Notes: a model not told the origin generated them from the sequence alone. A stretch of DNA of 64,000 nucleotides from an uncultured Armatimonadetes bacterium (GCA_963717145.1 OY970325.1:5088001-5152000); one strand, 5' to 3'; positions 11,523-22,098 are shown, counted from the stretch's first letter. A program made the numbers and translations.

Positions 11523-12847
11523 ATGCCTGACAACACCTTCCACCAGCGGATCGCGGATCTCCCGGCGATCGACGTGCACACGCACCTCATCGACGCCCGA
11601 CTCGGCGCGCGCGGCCTGCACGACATCCTGCTCTACCACATGGCCGTCAGCGATCTCTACGCCGCCGGATGCCCGAGCGGGAGCCGGCTGACCCAGTACC
11701 CCGGTTGGCCCGACGAGGAGGAAGCCCACCGGCGCATCAACGAGGCGCTCCCATACCGCCGATTCGTGCGGAACACCAGCATCTCGTGGGGGATACGCAT
11801 CATCCTCCGCGACCTCTACGGCTGGACTCAGGAGATCGACGAGGACAACTGGCGCACGCTCGACGCCCTGATCCGCGAGCGTGCCGACGACCGCGCATGG
11901 CAGCGGGAAGTCGCCCGCAAGGCCGGCATCCGGCGGTTCGGCACGGAGATCGCCCGGCGGACTCGGGCACGGACGACGACATCCTCCAGTACGCGCTCGA
12001 ATGGGGATTCTTCACGCGATGCCAGTGGGGCGAGTTCGACACCGCGCTCTACGAACTCGAGCGATGCTGGGGCGAGCAGCCCGGCACATCCGCGCCGATC
12101 GGCTCGGGCGGGCGACCGGCGACGAAACGCGTCATCCGCACAGTCGATGACATCCACGAGGCGCTCGACTGGTACATCGGCCAGTTCCCCGCGAACGTCC
12201 TGGCGACCGCGACGCACATCTCGACCGACATCGACTTCCGGCCCGTGACCGAGGACGAGATGGCCGACGCCGTGGGCCGGCGCCAGAGCGCCGGAGCGGC
12301 GGAGCGGGACATCTATGCCTCCTACATCAACGAGGCGTTCCTGAGCAGGCTCGAAGAGCGCATGGGGGACAGGATCGTCTTCCAGTTCAGCTTCGGCGCG
12401 GAGCCGCTGCCGTTCGAGACCGGAAGCCGCCTCTCGCAGCGGACCATCGCCCAGCTCGCGGAGATGATCAGCCGTCATCCCCGGCTGCGGTTCCAGTGCT
12501 TCCTCTCGAGCCGGCACGCGAACCAGTCGCTCTGCACGCTCTGCCGCGAGCTGCCGAACCTCTCGCTCTCGGGGTACTGGTGGCACAACTTCTTCCCCTC
12601 CACGATCCGCCAGGTGATGGAGGAGCGGCTCGACATGCTTCCGACCAACAGGCAGATCGGCTTCTTCTCGGACGCCTACTGCATCGAGTGGGCATATGCG
12701 AAGTCGGTCATGGTCCGAGGGGAGCTTGCGCGGGTGTTGGCGTCGAAGGTCGAGGCCGGGCAGTACGATGAGGAGACGGCGGCCGGCATCGCGCGGGATA
12801 TCCTCTTCGAAACGCCGCAGATTCTGCTCGGAATGACGCCAGGGTAG
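11523..12847 (+). CDS. Amidohydrolase-superfamily metalloenzyme, uronate-isomerase-like (frameshift ~11955)
   Basis: IDVHTH metal motif, LHDILLYH, ELPNL...GYWW and GFFSDAY..EW.Y.K...R..LA.VL, as in UxaC-like proteins. Confidence 0.7.
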
Positions 12848-12857
12848 TTCCAGGTGG

Positions 12858-14186
12858 TCACAACTCGCCGATGGCTCGCGCGAGCCTGTCTCGGGCAATA
12901 CTGTGCTCATACAATGCCATCAACCGGTTGTTCTGTGCCCCGACCAGGGCGGCAAGAGCATCGAGTACTTCGACGTTGATGGATTTTCCGGCTTCGTAGC
13001 GAAGTCTTATGACCCGGTAGTCTTCATCCGCCTGGGTAACCGCGGCTTCAGACAGCTTGACGTTGGTGTCAGCGGCCTGCAACTCGGCCCACACGGTGTT
13101 CACGTCCTGTTGTACCGCCAAGAGCGCCTGCTTCTCGTCCAGTCTCATCACGCCAAGCATCGCCTGGGCCTCGTCGACGGCGGCACGGCGCAGTCCGCCA
13201 TCGAGTATCGGAAGGCCGATAGTCACGCCGACGGTGAACCCGGACTCCGTGCCTCCCAAGCCGACGGACAACCCCTGCATGGCGTTCCCGTACACCTGGG
13301 GCCTGTAGGCGCTCTTTGCCACGCCGACGGTGGATTCGGCGGAACTGATCCGAGCGCGCGCCGCGGCCAACTCGGGTCTGTTCTTCATCGCCAGCGCACT
13401 GTAGGTTTCCAACGTGTCCGATACCGGCACATAGGCAAGCTTGTCTGTCAGTGTGACGTCGGAATCCTGACTCACGCCCATAGCCGCCTTCAGCTCGACC
13501 GCCGCAATCGTGGCATCACGCCGGGCATTGGTCAACTGCTGCTGGGATTCGGCGAGACCGGCCTGATTGCGAAGTAGATCATACTTGGCGATCTTCCCCT
13601 CGCTGAATGTCAGCTCGGCAATCCGGACCCGCTCCCGCTCTTCTTTCACCAGGTTGCTGTAGACGTCCACCGTTGCCTGTGCGAGCAGTGCGCGGTGGTA
13701 TGCGGCCTTGACCTCGAGTGCCACGCTGCGCTCGATGGATGCTCGATCTGAGGCAGTGGCGGCATTCATGGCCTGAGCGCTCTTTACACTCCCGGTCAGC
13801 CGTCCACCGGTGTAGAGTGGAATCATCAATCCCACCTGACCGGTAGCGGCAGTCCTATCGGGGACGAGGAAGACGCTCGACGGCATGACGCCGGGTGGCG
13901 AGGTGATGATGTCCCCCATGGTCGAATTGCCGGCGAAAACCGTCCCGGCCAACTGCGGTCTGGTCATCGCCCTGGCCATACCGATCCGTGCCTGTGTTGC
14001 CTGCGTCTGGTACCCGGCAGCTTGTGCCATCGGGTTGTGCTTCAGGCCGGCCGCTACTGCATCGGCAAGGCTCAGGTCGCTGGATATGTTGGGCAGGAGA
14101 TTCGATGTATCCGCGGCGGGCGCGATCGTCGCCGTGACCATCAGCAGGATCAATACAACAAGCGGTAGGCGGAACTTGAGCATCAT
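12858..14186 (-). CDS. TolC-family outer-membrane efflux protein
   Basis: Signal peptide, two OEP repeats (PLYTGG, PILDGG), RYEAG...VEVLDA. Confidence 0.9.
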   Translation of the reverse strand: MMLKFRLPLVVLILLMVTATIAPAADTSNLLPNISSDLSLADAVAAGLKHNPMAQAAGYQTQATQARIGMARAMTRPQLAGTVFAGNSTMGDIITSPPGVMPSSVFLVPDRTAATGQVGLMIPLYTGGRLTGSVKSAQAMNAATASDRASIERSVALEVKAAYHRALLAQATVDVYSNLVKEERERVRIAELTFSEGKIAKYDLLRNQAGLAESQQQLTNARRDATIAAVELKAAMGVSQDSDVTLTDKLAYVPVSDTLETYSALAMKNRPELAAARARISSAESTVGVAKSAYRPQVYGNAMQGLSVGLGGTESGFTVGVTIGLPILDGGLRRAAVDEAQAMLGVMRLDEKQALLAVQQDVNTVWAELQAADTNVKLSEAAVTQADEDYRVIRLRYEAGKSINVEVLDALAALVGAQNNRLMALYEHSIARDRLARAIGEL

Positions 14187-14719
14187 TTCGGCGACTCCTT
14201 TCCGACTGCGAGTCGATCGCGCTTGGCTGCTTCATCTGAAAGCTGCCTCTGGATCTTCTCGCGCTGTCCCTTGTCGAGCACCTGAAGGGCTTTCTCCCAG
14301 TATACCCTGCGCAGGCTCGATACCTGTCGGGACAGCTCCGACACGGGTGCGGCATGGGCCTGGATATCCTGCATGGGCGCCTTGTCCCCGACATTCTGCA
14401 TGAATATGTGGAAATGGTCGGCGGCTTTCTGCAGATCATCTACCAACGGCTTGGATTTCGTCTTCCAATCTGACTGGAGATCTGTCAGGACCGCCGCCTG
14501 ATGCGCGGTCAGAGCAAGGTGGTCACTCTGCTTGAGCACGTAGTCTATCTCGGGGGCAGAGACAGGACCGTCAGCGGCTTTGCCGCCGAGCACCTGTCGC
14601 TCTACGATCGGCGGGCCGACGGAGGTCTTGTGATTGTTTATGGCTACCTGGAGCGCCAGAATGATCGCGATCACCAAGCCCGGGCCGATTATTATCCAAC
14701 GCCTGCGCGGTTTGGTCAT
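14183..14719 (-). CDS. Membrane-anchored helical periplasmic protein (Spy/CpxP-like fold possible)
   Basis: Single N-terminal TM, L.LT..Q and VL..GQREK motifs; in the operon between the RND gene and tolC. Confidence 0.55.
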   Translation of the reverse strand: MTKPRRRWIIIGPGLVIAIILALQVAINNHKTSVGPPIVERQVLGGKAADGPVSAPEIDYVLKQSDHLALTAHQAAVLTDLQSDWKTKSKPLVDDLQKAADHFHIFMQNVGDKAPMQDIQAHAAPVSELSRQVSSLRRVYWEKALQVLDKGQREKIQRQLSDEAAKRDRLAVGKESPK

Positions 14720-14723
14720 GGGG

Positions 14724-17700
14724 TCAAGCCTCCGTCTCTTCCCTGGTCGATCCGATGCGCTTTTCGTTCTCATGGAACGAATCCGTGACCGGCCATTTCC
14801 ACTCACGCTTCAGGAACTTCCTGTGCACCCACGCGATAAGATCATCGACGTAGGTGTGCATGATCGGAATGTCGAAGAGCGACAGGATCGTGCCGATCAG
14901 CAATCCACCGAGGATGACGGTCCCCAGCGGCTGATATGCGTCCATGCCCGTCTTCGGGAAGAAAGCTACCGGGACCATGACGATCATGGTGATGATCGAG
15001 GTCATCAGGATCGGCCGCAGCCTCTGCGGGCACGCCTCCATCACGGCCTGATCCCTCGGGACCCCACGATCCCGGTATCGTGCGATCATGTCGATCAGCA
15101 GGATCGCCGTGGTGATGTCCATGCCGGTGAGGACGATGACCGCCATGATCGACACGGTCGAGAACGCCTGGTGCGCGAGGAACAATGCCAGGAACACGCC
15201 GGAGAGCTCCAGCGGCAGCGAGAACACCATCTGCAGCGGCTGCAGGAATCCCCGGAACTGAGCGACGAGCACCAGGAAGATGAAGATGAGTGCGATCTGC
15301 AGCCCCTTCAACAGCCGAGCGAAGCTGTCCATCATCTGGGTCATGTCGCCGCGGGCCTCGAGACCGTAGCCCGGCGGGAAGTTGATCTGGCTCATCGCCT
15401 TCATCTGCACATCCATCGTGAGGTCCATCGAGGGCGGGCCGTTCTTCCGGTAGAAGCCGTTGATACTGACCACTCTGCGCACACCGTCGTGCTCGATCAG
15501 ACCAGGGGACTCCTCGTACACTGATGTTGGCGACGCTCTTCAGCGGCACCTGCGCGCCACCGGGAGCAGTGATGTACAAGCTTCCCAGATCGGCGCTGTT
15601 TCGCCTGTCCTGTTGGTCGTAGCGTACCAGTACGGTGTCCTGCCGCACGTTGGGCAGCCTGTACCATTCGTTGGTGAGGCCGCCCCGCAGAGCATAGTAT
15701 GCCTGCTGCGATATCTCCTCCGGGGTCAGGCCGAGAGCCTGCGCCTTCTCGGGGATCACCTCGATCTTGTACGACGGCTTGTCGAGCCCCCAGCTTGTCG
15801 CGACCTGGTACATCCCCGGCGTGTTCTTGGCAATGTCCGCGACCTTCTCGCCGATCATCGACAACTGGTCCGTATCCTTACCATACGCGATGAGGGATAC
15901 CGGCGCCAGGGACGACGCCATGACGTCCGAGCCCATTTCCTTGATCTGGAAGCGCCGGATTCCCGGAATCGTCGCCATCGCTTCCTTCTGCACGCCGTCG
16001 ATCACCTGCCAGATGTCGCGTTTCCCGGTCAGATCTTTGTTCCTGGTGATCTTGTCCCAAAGCGTCGGCTTCCGCTCATCCTTGTCGGAGAGGGTGATCA
16101 TGAAGGTCGCCGCATTGACGGACGGCATGGCGTAGCCGGTGTAGAGAGGGCTGAATGACTCGAACATGGACTCCTGGCCGATCTCTGTCGAAATCTTCTC
16201 GATCTCGGGGTACTTGGCCATCATCTTCTCGACGGCGGTCGTTGCGCGCTCGGTTTCGGCAAAGGACGCGCCCGCGTCCATTTCGAGGACTCCATAGGCC
16301 TGGCCGACATCTGCGAGCGGCATCATCTCACTTCCGATGAAGTGGTAGAACGTGAAGCCGATGATGACGGTCACCAGGATTCGCGCCATATTCGAGAATC
16401 GGTGCAGGAGCATCCAGCGGATGATGTTGGCATAGCCTGTCTCCAGCCTGTCCAGGAACCGCTGGATCGGAGCCGAGAAATGTGCGATAGAACCACTTGC
16501 TTCGCTCCTGCTGCAGCTCGGCGTGCGGCCTCAGGAGATTCGCACAGAGCAGAGCCGTGAGCGTGAAGGAGACAAGCATCGAGGCCATCAGTCCGAAGAT
16601 GATCGGCCATACCAGTTCGCGAAACATCAACTGGACGATGCCGCCGGAGAAGAGCAGCGGAGCGAGCGCCAGCACGAGCATGATGGTGGACGCGATGACC
16701 GCAAGCCGCACCTCGGCGATGCCGTCGATCGTTGCGGTCTTGGGGTCCTTGCCCATACGCATGTGCCGTTCGACGGCGTGGATGTCGATGATCGAGTCAT
16801 CCACGAGTCGCCCGATGCAGAGCAGCAGACCGATCAGCGTGCCGCAGTTGAGCGTCATCCCCATCGGCACAAGGGCGGTGATGGCCATGGCCAGCGAGAT
16901 CGGAATGGTGATCAGGGAGATGAGAGTCCCGCGCCACTCGCCGAGGAAGAGAAGTACCGCGATCCCGGTCAGCAGGATCGCGATGCCGAGTTCCTCGAAC
17001 ATGTTCTGGAAGAGGATGTTCACGAACTGCGCGTTGTCGTAGGCGACCTCGAACTTGACGCCCGGGTTCTCCTTCTCGAGCTGTCCCAATACCTTCTGTA
17101 CTGCGGGGACGACCTTTGCGGAACTGGCTCCCGGGTCCTGTATGACCGCGACTTCTATCGACTCCTTGATCTTGCCGTGATCGACGAAATGGTATGCGCT
17201 GCGCCGCTCCCAGTGGGTGTCCGAAACGTTCGCGACATCCCGCACGTAGACGATCCGAGGCTGTCCGAGCGTATTCGTGCCGAGAGCGTCGGACGGACTC
17301 TCCGCGCCCGAGGAAATCGCGGGCGACTCCCCGCCTCCTCCACCCATCCCGCCGGCCATTCCACCGCCGCTGGGAGCGGACGGCATCGACTGCACTCCTG
17401 ATCCGGAAACACTCGCGACGGGGTAGTTCAGGACCGTCTGCGCATTGAGCGCCCGGCTGTCCACGCGAACAATGGATTCGTTCGCTCCGTCGGTAAGCGT
17501 GCCCGCGGACCGGCTGACGTTGTAGCGGTCGATGGCATTCCGCACGTCCAGAATGGACAGCTTGTAGGCGGCCAGCTTGTCGCGGTCGACGACCACCTGC
17601 AACTGACGCTTGTAGCCGCCGAACGGCACCACCGAGTACACGTCCGGGATGACTTTCAGTCGGTTGACGACTTCATTGTCCACGAACTCGCGCAATCTGA

Positions 17701-18232
17701 CCTTGTCCCACCGCTCATCCCCGGTCACGGACAGCGACAGGATCGGCAGGTTCAGCGGGTCGATGGCCAGCACCCATGAAGGCTTTATGTTCGCGCCGGT
17801 AGCCGGCAGGTTGGCCTGGATGACGTTCATCAGCGACTGAACATCGAACAGGGCCTTCTTCATGTCCGTGCCGTAGTTGAACTCCAGGCTCACGATCGAG
17901 AAACCGTCCTGCGAGGTGGAGCGAATGTAGTGCAGATTCTTGACGTTGACGAGCTGTTCCTCGATGGGCTTGGAGATGTACGTCTCCATCTCCTGCGACG
18001 ACAGGCCGGGCATCATCGTGACGACGCCGATCATCGGGCTCTCCACGTAGGGCATGAACCGCCTCGGCATGTAGAAGCCCACGGTGATGATCGCCGTGAT
18101 GATCATGGCGAGATAGAACGAAATGATGACGTAGGGGTGCTCGATCGACCACTTGTGGATCATGTGCAGAGCGTTTGCCGCTCTGGTCTCGAGCCTGGGT
18201 TTGGCTGCAGGTGTCGAATTGCTCTCGTTCAC
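14724..18232 (-). CDS. RND efflux transporter permease, AcrB/CusA superfamily (frameshifts ~16470 and ~15520)
   Basis: PG.S.QEMET.I.KPIEE, GRLVDDSII and RLRPILMT across three joined ORFs. The GTG start overlaps the MFP stop. Confidence 0.88.
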
Positions 18233-20148
18233 GGCCTGGTACCCTCCTGGCCTTTCTTCTTCGCGTCTTTGAGCATCTTCTCGACCTTCATGTTGCACTT
18301 AGGACAGAGTGCCTTCGGGTCACTGGTGATGAACTCCGGGTGCATGGGGCATGTGTAGAGCTGCGGGGACTTGTCGGCTGCCCCCTTTGTCCTGGCGGCG
18401 GGTGGCGATGATTTGTGGCTCATGTCCATGCCGGGCATATTGTCATGGGAGTCGCCATTGCCGCCCATATCCATCCCTGGCATGCTCTCCATGCCGCCGC
18501 CCGCAGGCTTGGGCAGTTCCGCCGGCCCGTTCTTACCCCAGGGCGTGACGGTGATTGCATCTCCCTCGCGCAGGTACCTCTGTCCGGCATAGATGACTTC
18601 ATCGCCCACATTGAGGCCGGAGATAATCTCGGTACGCTCGCCGTCGCTTCTGCCGACGGTGACGTAGATGAGGCGAGCGGTCTTGCCGGTCGTCGCTTCC
18701 TTTGGATCGAGCTTCATGTTGCACTTCGGACAAAGCCCCGGCTTGTCTGAGGTGACCTCCGGATGCATGGTGCAGAAATATGTCGTCTTGCCGCCGGACG
18801 CCGTGCGTTGGGTGACCCATACAGCGTCACGTCCCTCCTTGGTTGCCAGCGCAGTGGACGGGACCGTGATGGCATCCGTACTCCGCGACGTGGCGATCTG
18901 GAGGCTGACGAAATCGCCTGGGAAGAGGGAATGATCGGAGTTGGGGATGATGGCCTCGACCACGGCCGTGCGACTGGCCTGATCCGCTACGGGCGAAACC
19001 GAGGTCACGACCGCTCGGAATGTCTGCCCGGATCCCTTGAGCGTGCGAGCGACAACCGCCGCCCCGATGCTTATGGCGGCCAAGTCCTGCTGCGCGACGT
19101 TAGCCTGAAGCCGAACCTTGTCGATCTGCGCTATGTTCAGGATCGCTGTTCCCGGATTGACCAGTACGCCCGGGCTGAGATATCGTTTCGTTACAACGCC
19201 GGCGAACGGCGCGCGTATCTGCCGGTACTGATTGAACGTGGCGGCGGTGACTCTCGCCGCTCCGGCCATGTTCGCGGAGGCGGCTTTCTGTGAAACTATA
19301 GCTGTTGCCCCGGAGAGTGCCGCATCCGCCGCCTTGGCTCGATCACGGGCCACTTGTATGCCTATCTGCTTGCCGCCCAACTCGGCTTGCATGGCCTCGA
19401 CGTCGGCGCGGGCTTCCTCGACCATGGCCTGCTTGTTCCCGACCTCGGATTCGGCAGCTACGTACTGCGCCTGCTCGGAGTCAAATTCCTGCTGCGAGAC
19501 GGCACCGCTCTTGAGAAGGCTCGTCTCTCGCTTGATCTCGGCCTTCCAGTAGGTCAGGTTGGCCTGGGCGGTCTTGAGTTCCTTCTCGGCTTTGGTCACT
19601 CCGCGTTGTGTCGCCGTGACACGCGCCTTGGCGGCCGCGGCATCTTGAGTCGCGCCTGCGATCTCTCTCTGGGCGGCGCTCCTCTCCGCGCGCATTCGGG
19701 CGAGGTCCGCCTGGGCGACGGGGATCTCCTTCAAGGCGGCCGTGTGCCCGGACTGGGCCTCCGCATACTTGTTCTGCAGATCAGGGGAATCCAGCACGGC
19801 GAGGGTCTGCCCGACCGTGACTTTGTCACCATTGTAGACGCTCAGGTTCGTCAACCAGCCCTGGACCCTCGGATATATATTCTGCTCGTTGTAGGGCGCA
19901 ACTGAACCGGTGTACTTGACCATTGCGCTGAACGGCCGTCGGGTAACGAACTCGGTGGCGACAGGCACGGAGCCGAGCGGGGGTTTCATGGTGGTCATGT
20001 CCATGGCCTGCGATTCGATGACGGTCATCTGCCCGGGCCGCTTGAAATGCCTGACCGCCCAGCCTGAGACCACGAAGAGTCCCACCAGAAGCAACAAACT
20101 CCACTTGTGTGTAAACGCCCACTTTGGGGCCGTGCCGAGATTCATCAC
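18229..20148 (-). CDS. RND periplasmic adaptor (MFP) with two heavy-metal-binding domains and a Met-rich linker
   Basis: HlyD/lipoyl motifs (IRAPFAGVV); YFCTMHPEV..PG.CPKCNM and YTCPMHPEF...CPKCNM; MESMPGMDMGG...HDNMPGMDMSH. Confidence 0.9.
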   Translation of the reverse strand: MMNLGTAPKWAFTHKWSLLLLVGLFVVSGWAVRHFKRPGQMTVIESQAMDMTTMKPPLGSVPVATEFVTRRPFSAMVKYTGSVAPYNEQNIYPRVQGWLTNLSVYNGDKVTVGQTLAVLDSPDLQNKYAEAQSGHTAALKEIPVAQADLARMRAERSAAQREIAGATQDAAAAKARVTATQRGVTKAEKELKTAQANLTYWKAEIKRETSLLKSGAVSQQEFDSEQAQYVAAESEVGNKQAMVEEARADVEAMQAELGGKQIGIQVARDRAKAADAALSGATAIVSQKAASANMAGAARVTAATFNQYRQIRAPFAGVVTKRYLSPGVLVNPGTAILNIAQIDKVRLQANVAQQDLAAISIGAAVVARTLKGSGQTFRAVVTSVSPVADQASRTAVVEAIIPNSDHSLFPGDFVSLQIATSRSTDAITVPSTALATKEGRDAVWVTQRTASGGKTTYFCTMHPEVTSDKPGLCPKCNMKLDPKEATTGKTARLIYVTVGRSDGERTEIISGLNVGDEVIYAGQRYLREGDAITVTPWGKNGPAELPKPAGGGMESMPGMDMGGNGDSHDNMPGMDMSHKSSPPAARTKGAADKSPQLYTCPMHPEFITSDPKALCPKCNMKVEKMLKDAKKKGQEGTRP

Positions 20149-20232
20149 CGGTTCCCTCCGCCTGTGTTAGGATCCAAGAAGTGGTTCGTCTTGGGGTAAC
20201 GAGCAGCCGCTAGCGTCGCCGTCCCTAGCGAA

Positions 20233-20257
20233 GACGAGCACCGCTAACGTGGGTTCC
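20233..20257 (-). promoter_or_regulatory. Putative ECF-sigma promoter upstream of the metal RND operon
   Basis: Minus strand reads GGAAC-N16-CGTC about 85 nt before the MFP start. Confidence 0.4.
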
Positions 20258-20294
20258 ACGTTTTTTCGAAATAAATCCTCCTTAACCTATCGGC

Positions 20295-20327
20295 AAACAA
20301 AACAGGCCGGCCCCGAAGGACCGGCCC
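20295..20327 (-). terminator. Intrinsic terminator downstream of metY
   Basis: Minus strand GGCCGGTCC-TTCG-GGGCCGGCC followed by TGTTTTGTTT. Confidence 0.75.
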
Positions 20328-20369
20328 GAGTCTGTAGTGCCGCGCGTCTCTGCCGGCCTCGATAGTGTT

Positions 20370-21677
20370 CTACTGCTGCGACTTCTTCAGCGCCTGGTCG
20401 AGATCGGCCAGGATGTCCTCGATGCTCTCCAAGCCGATTGACAGCCGGACGAAGTCATCGCTGACCCCGGTCGATATCTGCTCATCCGGCGTCAACTGCT
20501 GATGCGTGGTCGACGCGGGATGGATGATCAGGCTCTTCGAGTCGCCGATATTCGCGAGATGCGAGAACAACTCGACGGAGTCGATCAGCTTGACCCCCGC
20601 ATCTCGTCCGCCTTTGATGCCGAAGCCCATGATCGCCCCCTGGCCGTTTGGGAGGTACCGGGCGGCCCTCTCGTAGTCAGGATGACTCGGCAGACCCGGG
20701 TAGTTCACCCAGGACACGGCGGGATGCGCCTCGAGCCACCGCGCGACCGCCAGCGCGTTCGCCGACTGATGTCGTATGCGAAGAGGCAGCGTTTCGAGTC
20801 CCTGCAGGAACAGGAACGAGTTGAACGGCGAGAGCGCCGGCCCGATGTCGCGCAGGAGCTGCAGACGTACCTTGATGATGTATGCGATTCCCTGAACGAC
20901 CGCCTGATCGTGCAGGCCGAATGCCCCCCAGTAGCTGACTCCATGATAGGAGGGATCGGGTTCCGTCATCTCGGGGAACTTGCCGTTGTCCCAGTTGAAC
21001 TTGCCCGAATCGACGATCGCGCCGCCGATGCTCGTGCCGTGCCCGCCGATGAACTTGGTCAGTGAGTAAACGGCGATGTCCACTCCGTGCTCGAACGGCT
21101 TGAGGAGCGGCGGCGGACTGACCGTGTTGTCGATGACGAACGGAATCCCGTGCTTGTGCGCGATCTCTGCGATCCCGGAGTAGTCGTCCACGTTGTTCTT
21201 GGGATTTCCGATGGACTCCGTATAGAGCAGCCGCGTGTTCTCATCGATCGCCGGCTCGAAGTTCTTCGGGTCGGACGAGTCGACGAACCGAACTTCCACA
21301 CCGAGCCTCGGCAGAGTGTAATGGAACAGATTGTACGTGCCTCCGTACAGGAAACTGGTCGACACGATGTTCTGCCCGCACTTGGCGATGTTCAGGATCG
21401 CCAGGGTTGTCGCAGCCTGTCCAGACGATACCGCGAGTGCACCCGAACCGCCGTCGAGGGCGGCCAGTCTCTTCTCGAGCACATCGGTTGTCGGATTCAT
21501 GATCCGAGTGTAGATGTTCCCGAACTCCTTGAGTCCGAAGAGGTTCGCTGCATGCTCAGCCGACTTGAAGACGTAGGATGTCGTCTGGTAGATGGGGACG
21601 GCCCGCGATCCGGTAGTCGGGTCGGGCTGCTGTCCCGCATGTAGTGCCTGTGTGTCTATGCCTTGCTTCTTAGCCAT
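20370..21677 (-). CDS. metY: O-acetylhomoserine/O-acetylserine sulfhydrylase (PLP-dependent)
   Basis: [69 protein letters not shown] before ATG 21677. Confidence 0.93.
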   Translation of the reverse strand: MAKKQGIDTQALHAGQQPDPTTGSRAVPIYQTTSYVFKSAEHAANLFGLKEFGNIYTRIMNPTTDVLEKRLAALDGGSGALAVSSGQAATTLAILNIAKCGQNIVSTSFLYGGTYNLFHYTLPRLGVEVRFVDSSDPKNFEPAIDENTRLLYTESIGNPKNNVDDYSGIAEIAHKHGIPFVIDNTVSPPPLLKPFEHGVDIAVYSLTKFIGGHGTSIGGAIVDSGKFNWDNGKFPEMTEPDPSYHGVSYWGAFGLHDQAVVQGIAYIIKVRLQLLRDIGPALSPFNSFLFLQGLETLPLRIRHQSANALAVARWLEAHPAVSWVNYPGLPSHPDYERAARYLPNGQGAIMGFGIKGGRDAGVKLIDSVELFSHLANIGDSKSLIIHPASTTHQQLTPDEQISTGVSDDFVRLSIGLESIEDILADLDQALKKSQQ

Positions 21678-21789
21678 TCTGATTCCTCCGATCTGTTTGT
21701 CCTTCGAGGTCGAGTGCTGCATGGGCCATGCACATCATCATCACGCTCATTGCTGCCATCGTTATGCCTACTTGCGTTCGGTGCTTCAT
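21670..21789 (-). CDS. Met-rich 39-aa leader ORF overlapping the metY start (candidate leader peptide)
   Basis: Manual translation [48 protein letters not shown] 5 nt upstream; its TAA (21672-21670) lies inside the first codons of metY. Confidence 0.7.
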   Translation of the reverse strand: MKHRTQVGITMAAMSVMMMCMAHAALDLEGQTDRRNQNG

Positions 21790-21836
21790 TTTATCCTCCT
21801 TGTGTGTGTGCGCAAACCCATTGGCGAGAATTGTGC

Positions 21837-21963
21837 ATTAAGTATATCAACTTAGTCAAGATTATCACACCGAACTCCGGTCTGTCAAGCGCTTTGGCAA
21901 AAAAACATGTGAGTTCACCTCTTGCGCAAACTCGACATTGATGATATACTTAATCAAGATTAT
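21837..21963. promoter_or_regulatory. Divergent sigma70 promoters with paired AT-rich operator-like sites
   Basis: Minus strand: TTGACA(21888-21883)-N16-GATAAT. Plus strand: TTGCGC(21922)-N17-TATACT(21945) with extended TG. A 13-bp inverted pair ATTAAGTATATCA (21837-21849)/TGATATACTTAAT (21942-21954) and a direct repeat ACTTARTCAAGATTAT. Confidence 0.6.
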
Positions 21964-22098
21964 TTCCGCGACCGTTTCCGTGTCGGGCGGAACTGCTATC
22001 CCGGACGCCAACGGGCCGTGCGAAGGAAAGACGGAACGCGGCTTGCCGTGTGCGCGTCGTTGCGGAGGGGTATCATCACCCTCGAAGGGAGAATCGAC

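Noticed and set aside
21592-21855. Plus-strand ORF with [15 protein letters not shown] as a metal-binding peptide
   Set aside because: The His run is the antisense of the leader's ATG run; the ORF overlaps metY antisense and lacks an SD.
21678-21860. SAM-I or T-box riboswitch upstream of metY
   Set aside because: No recognisable conserved riboswitch motifs or terminator; the space is occupied by the Met-rich ORF.
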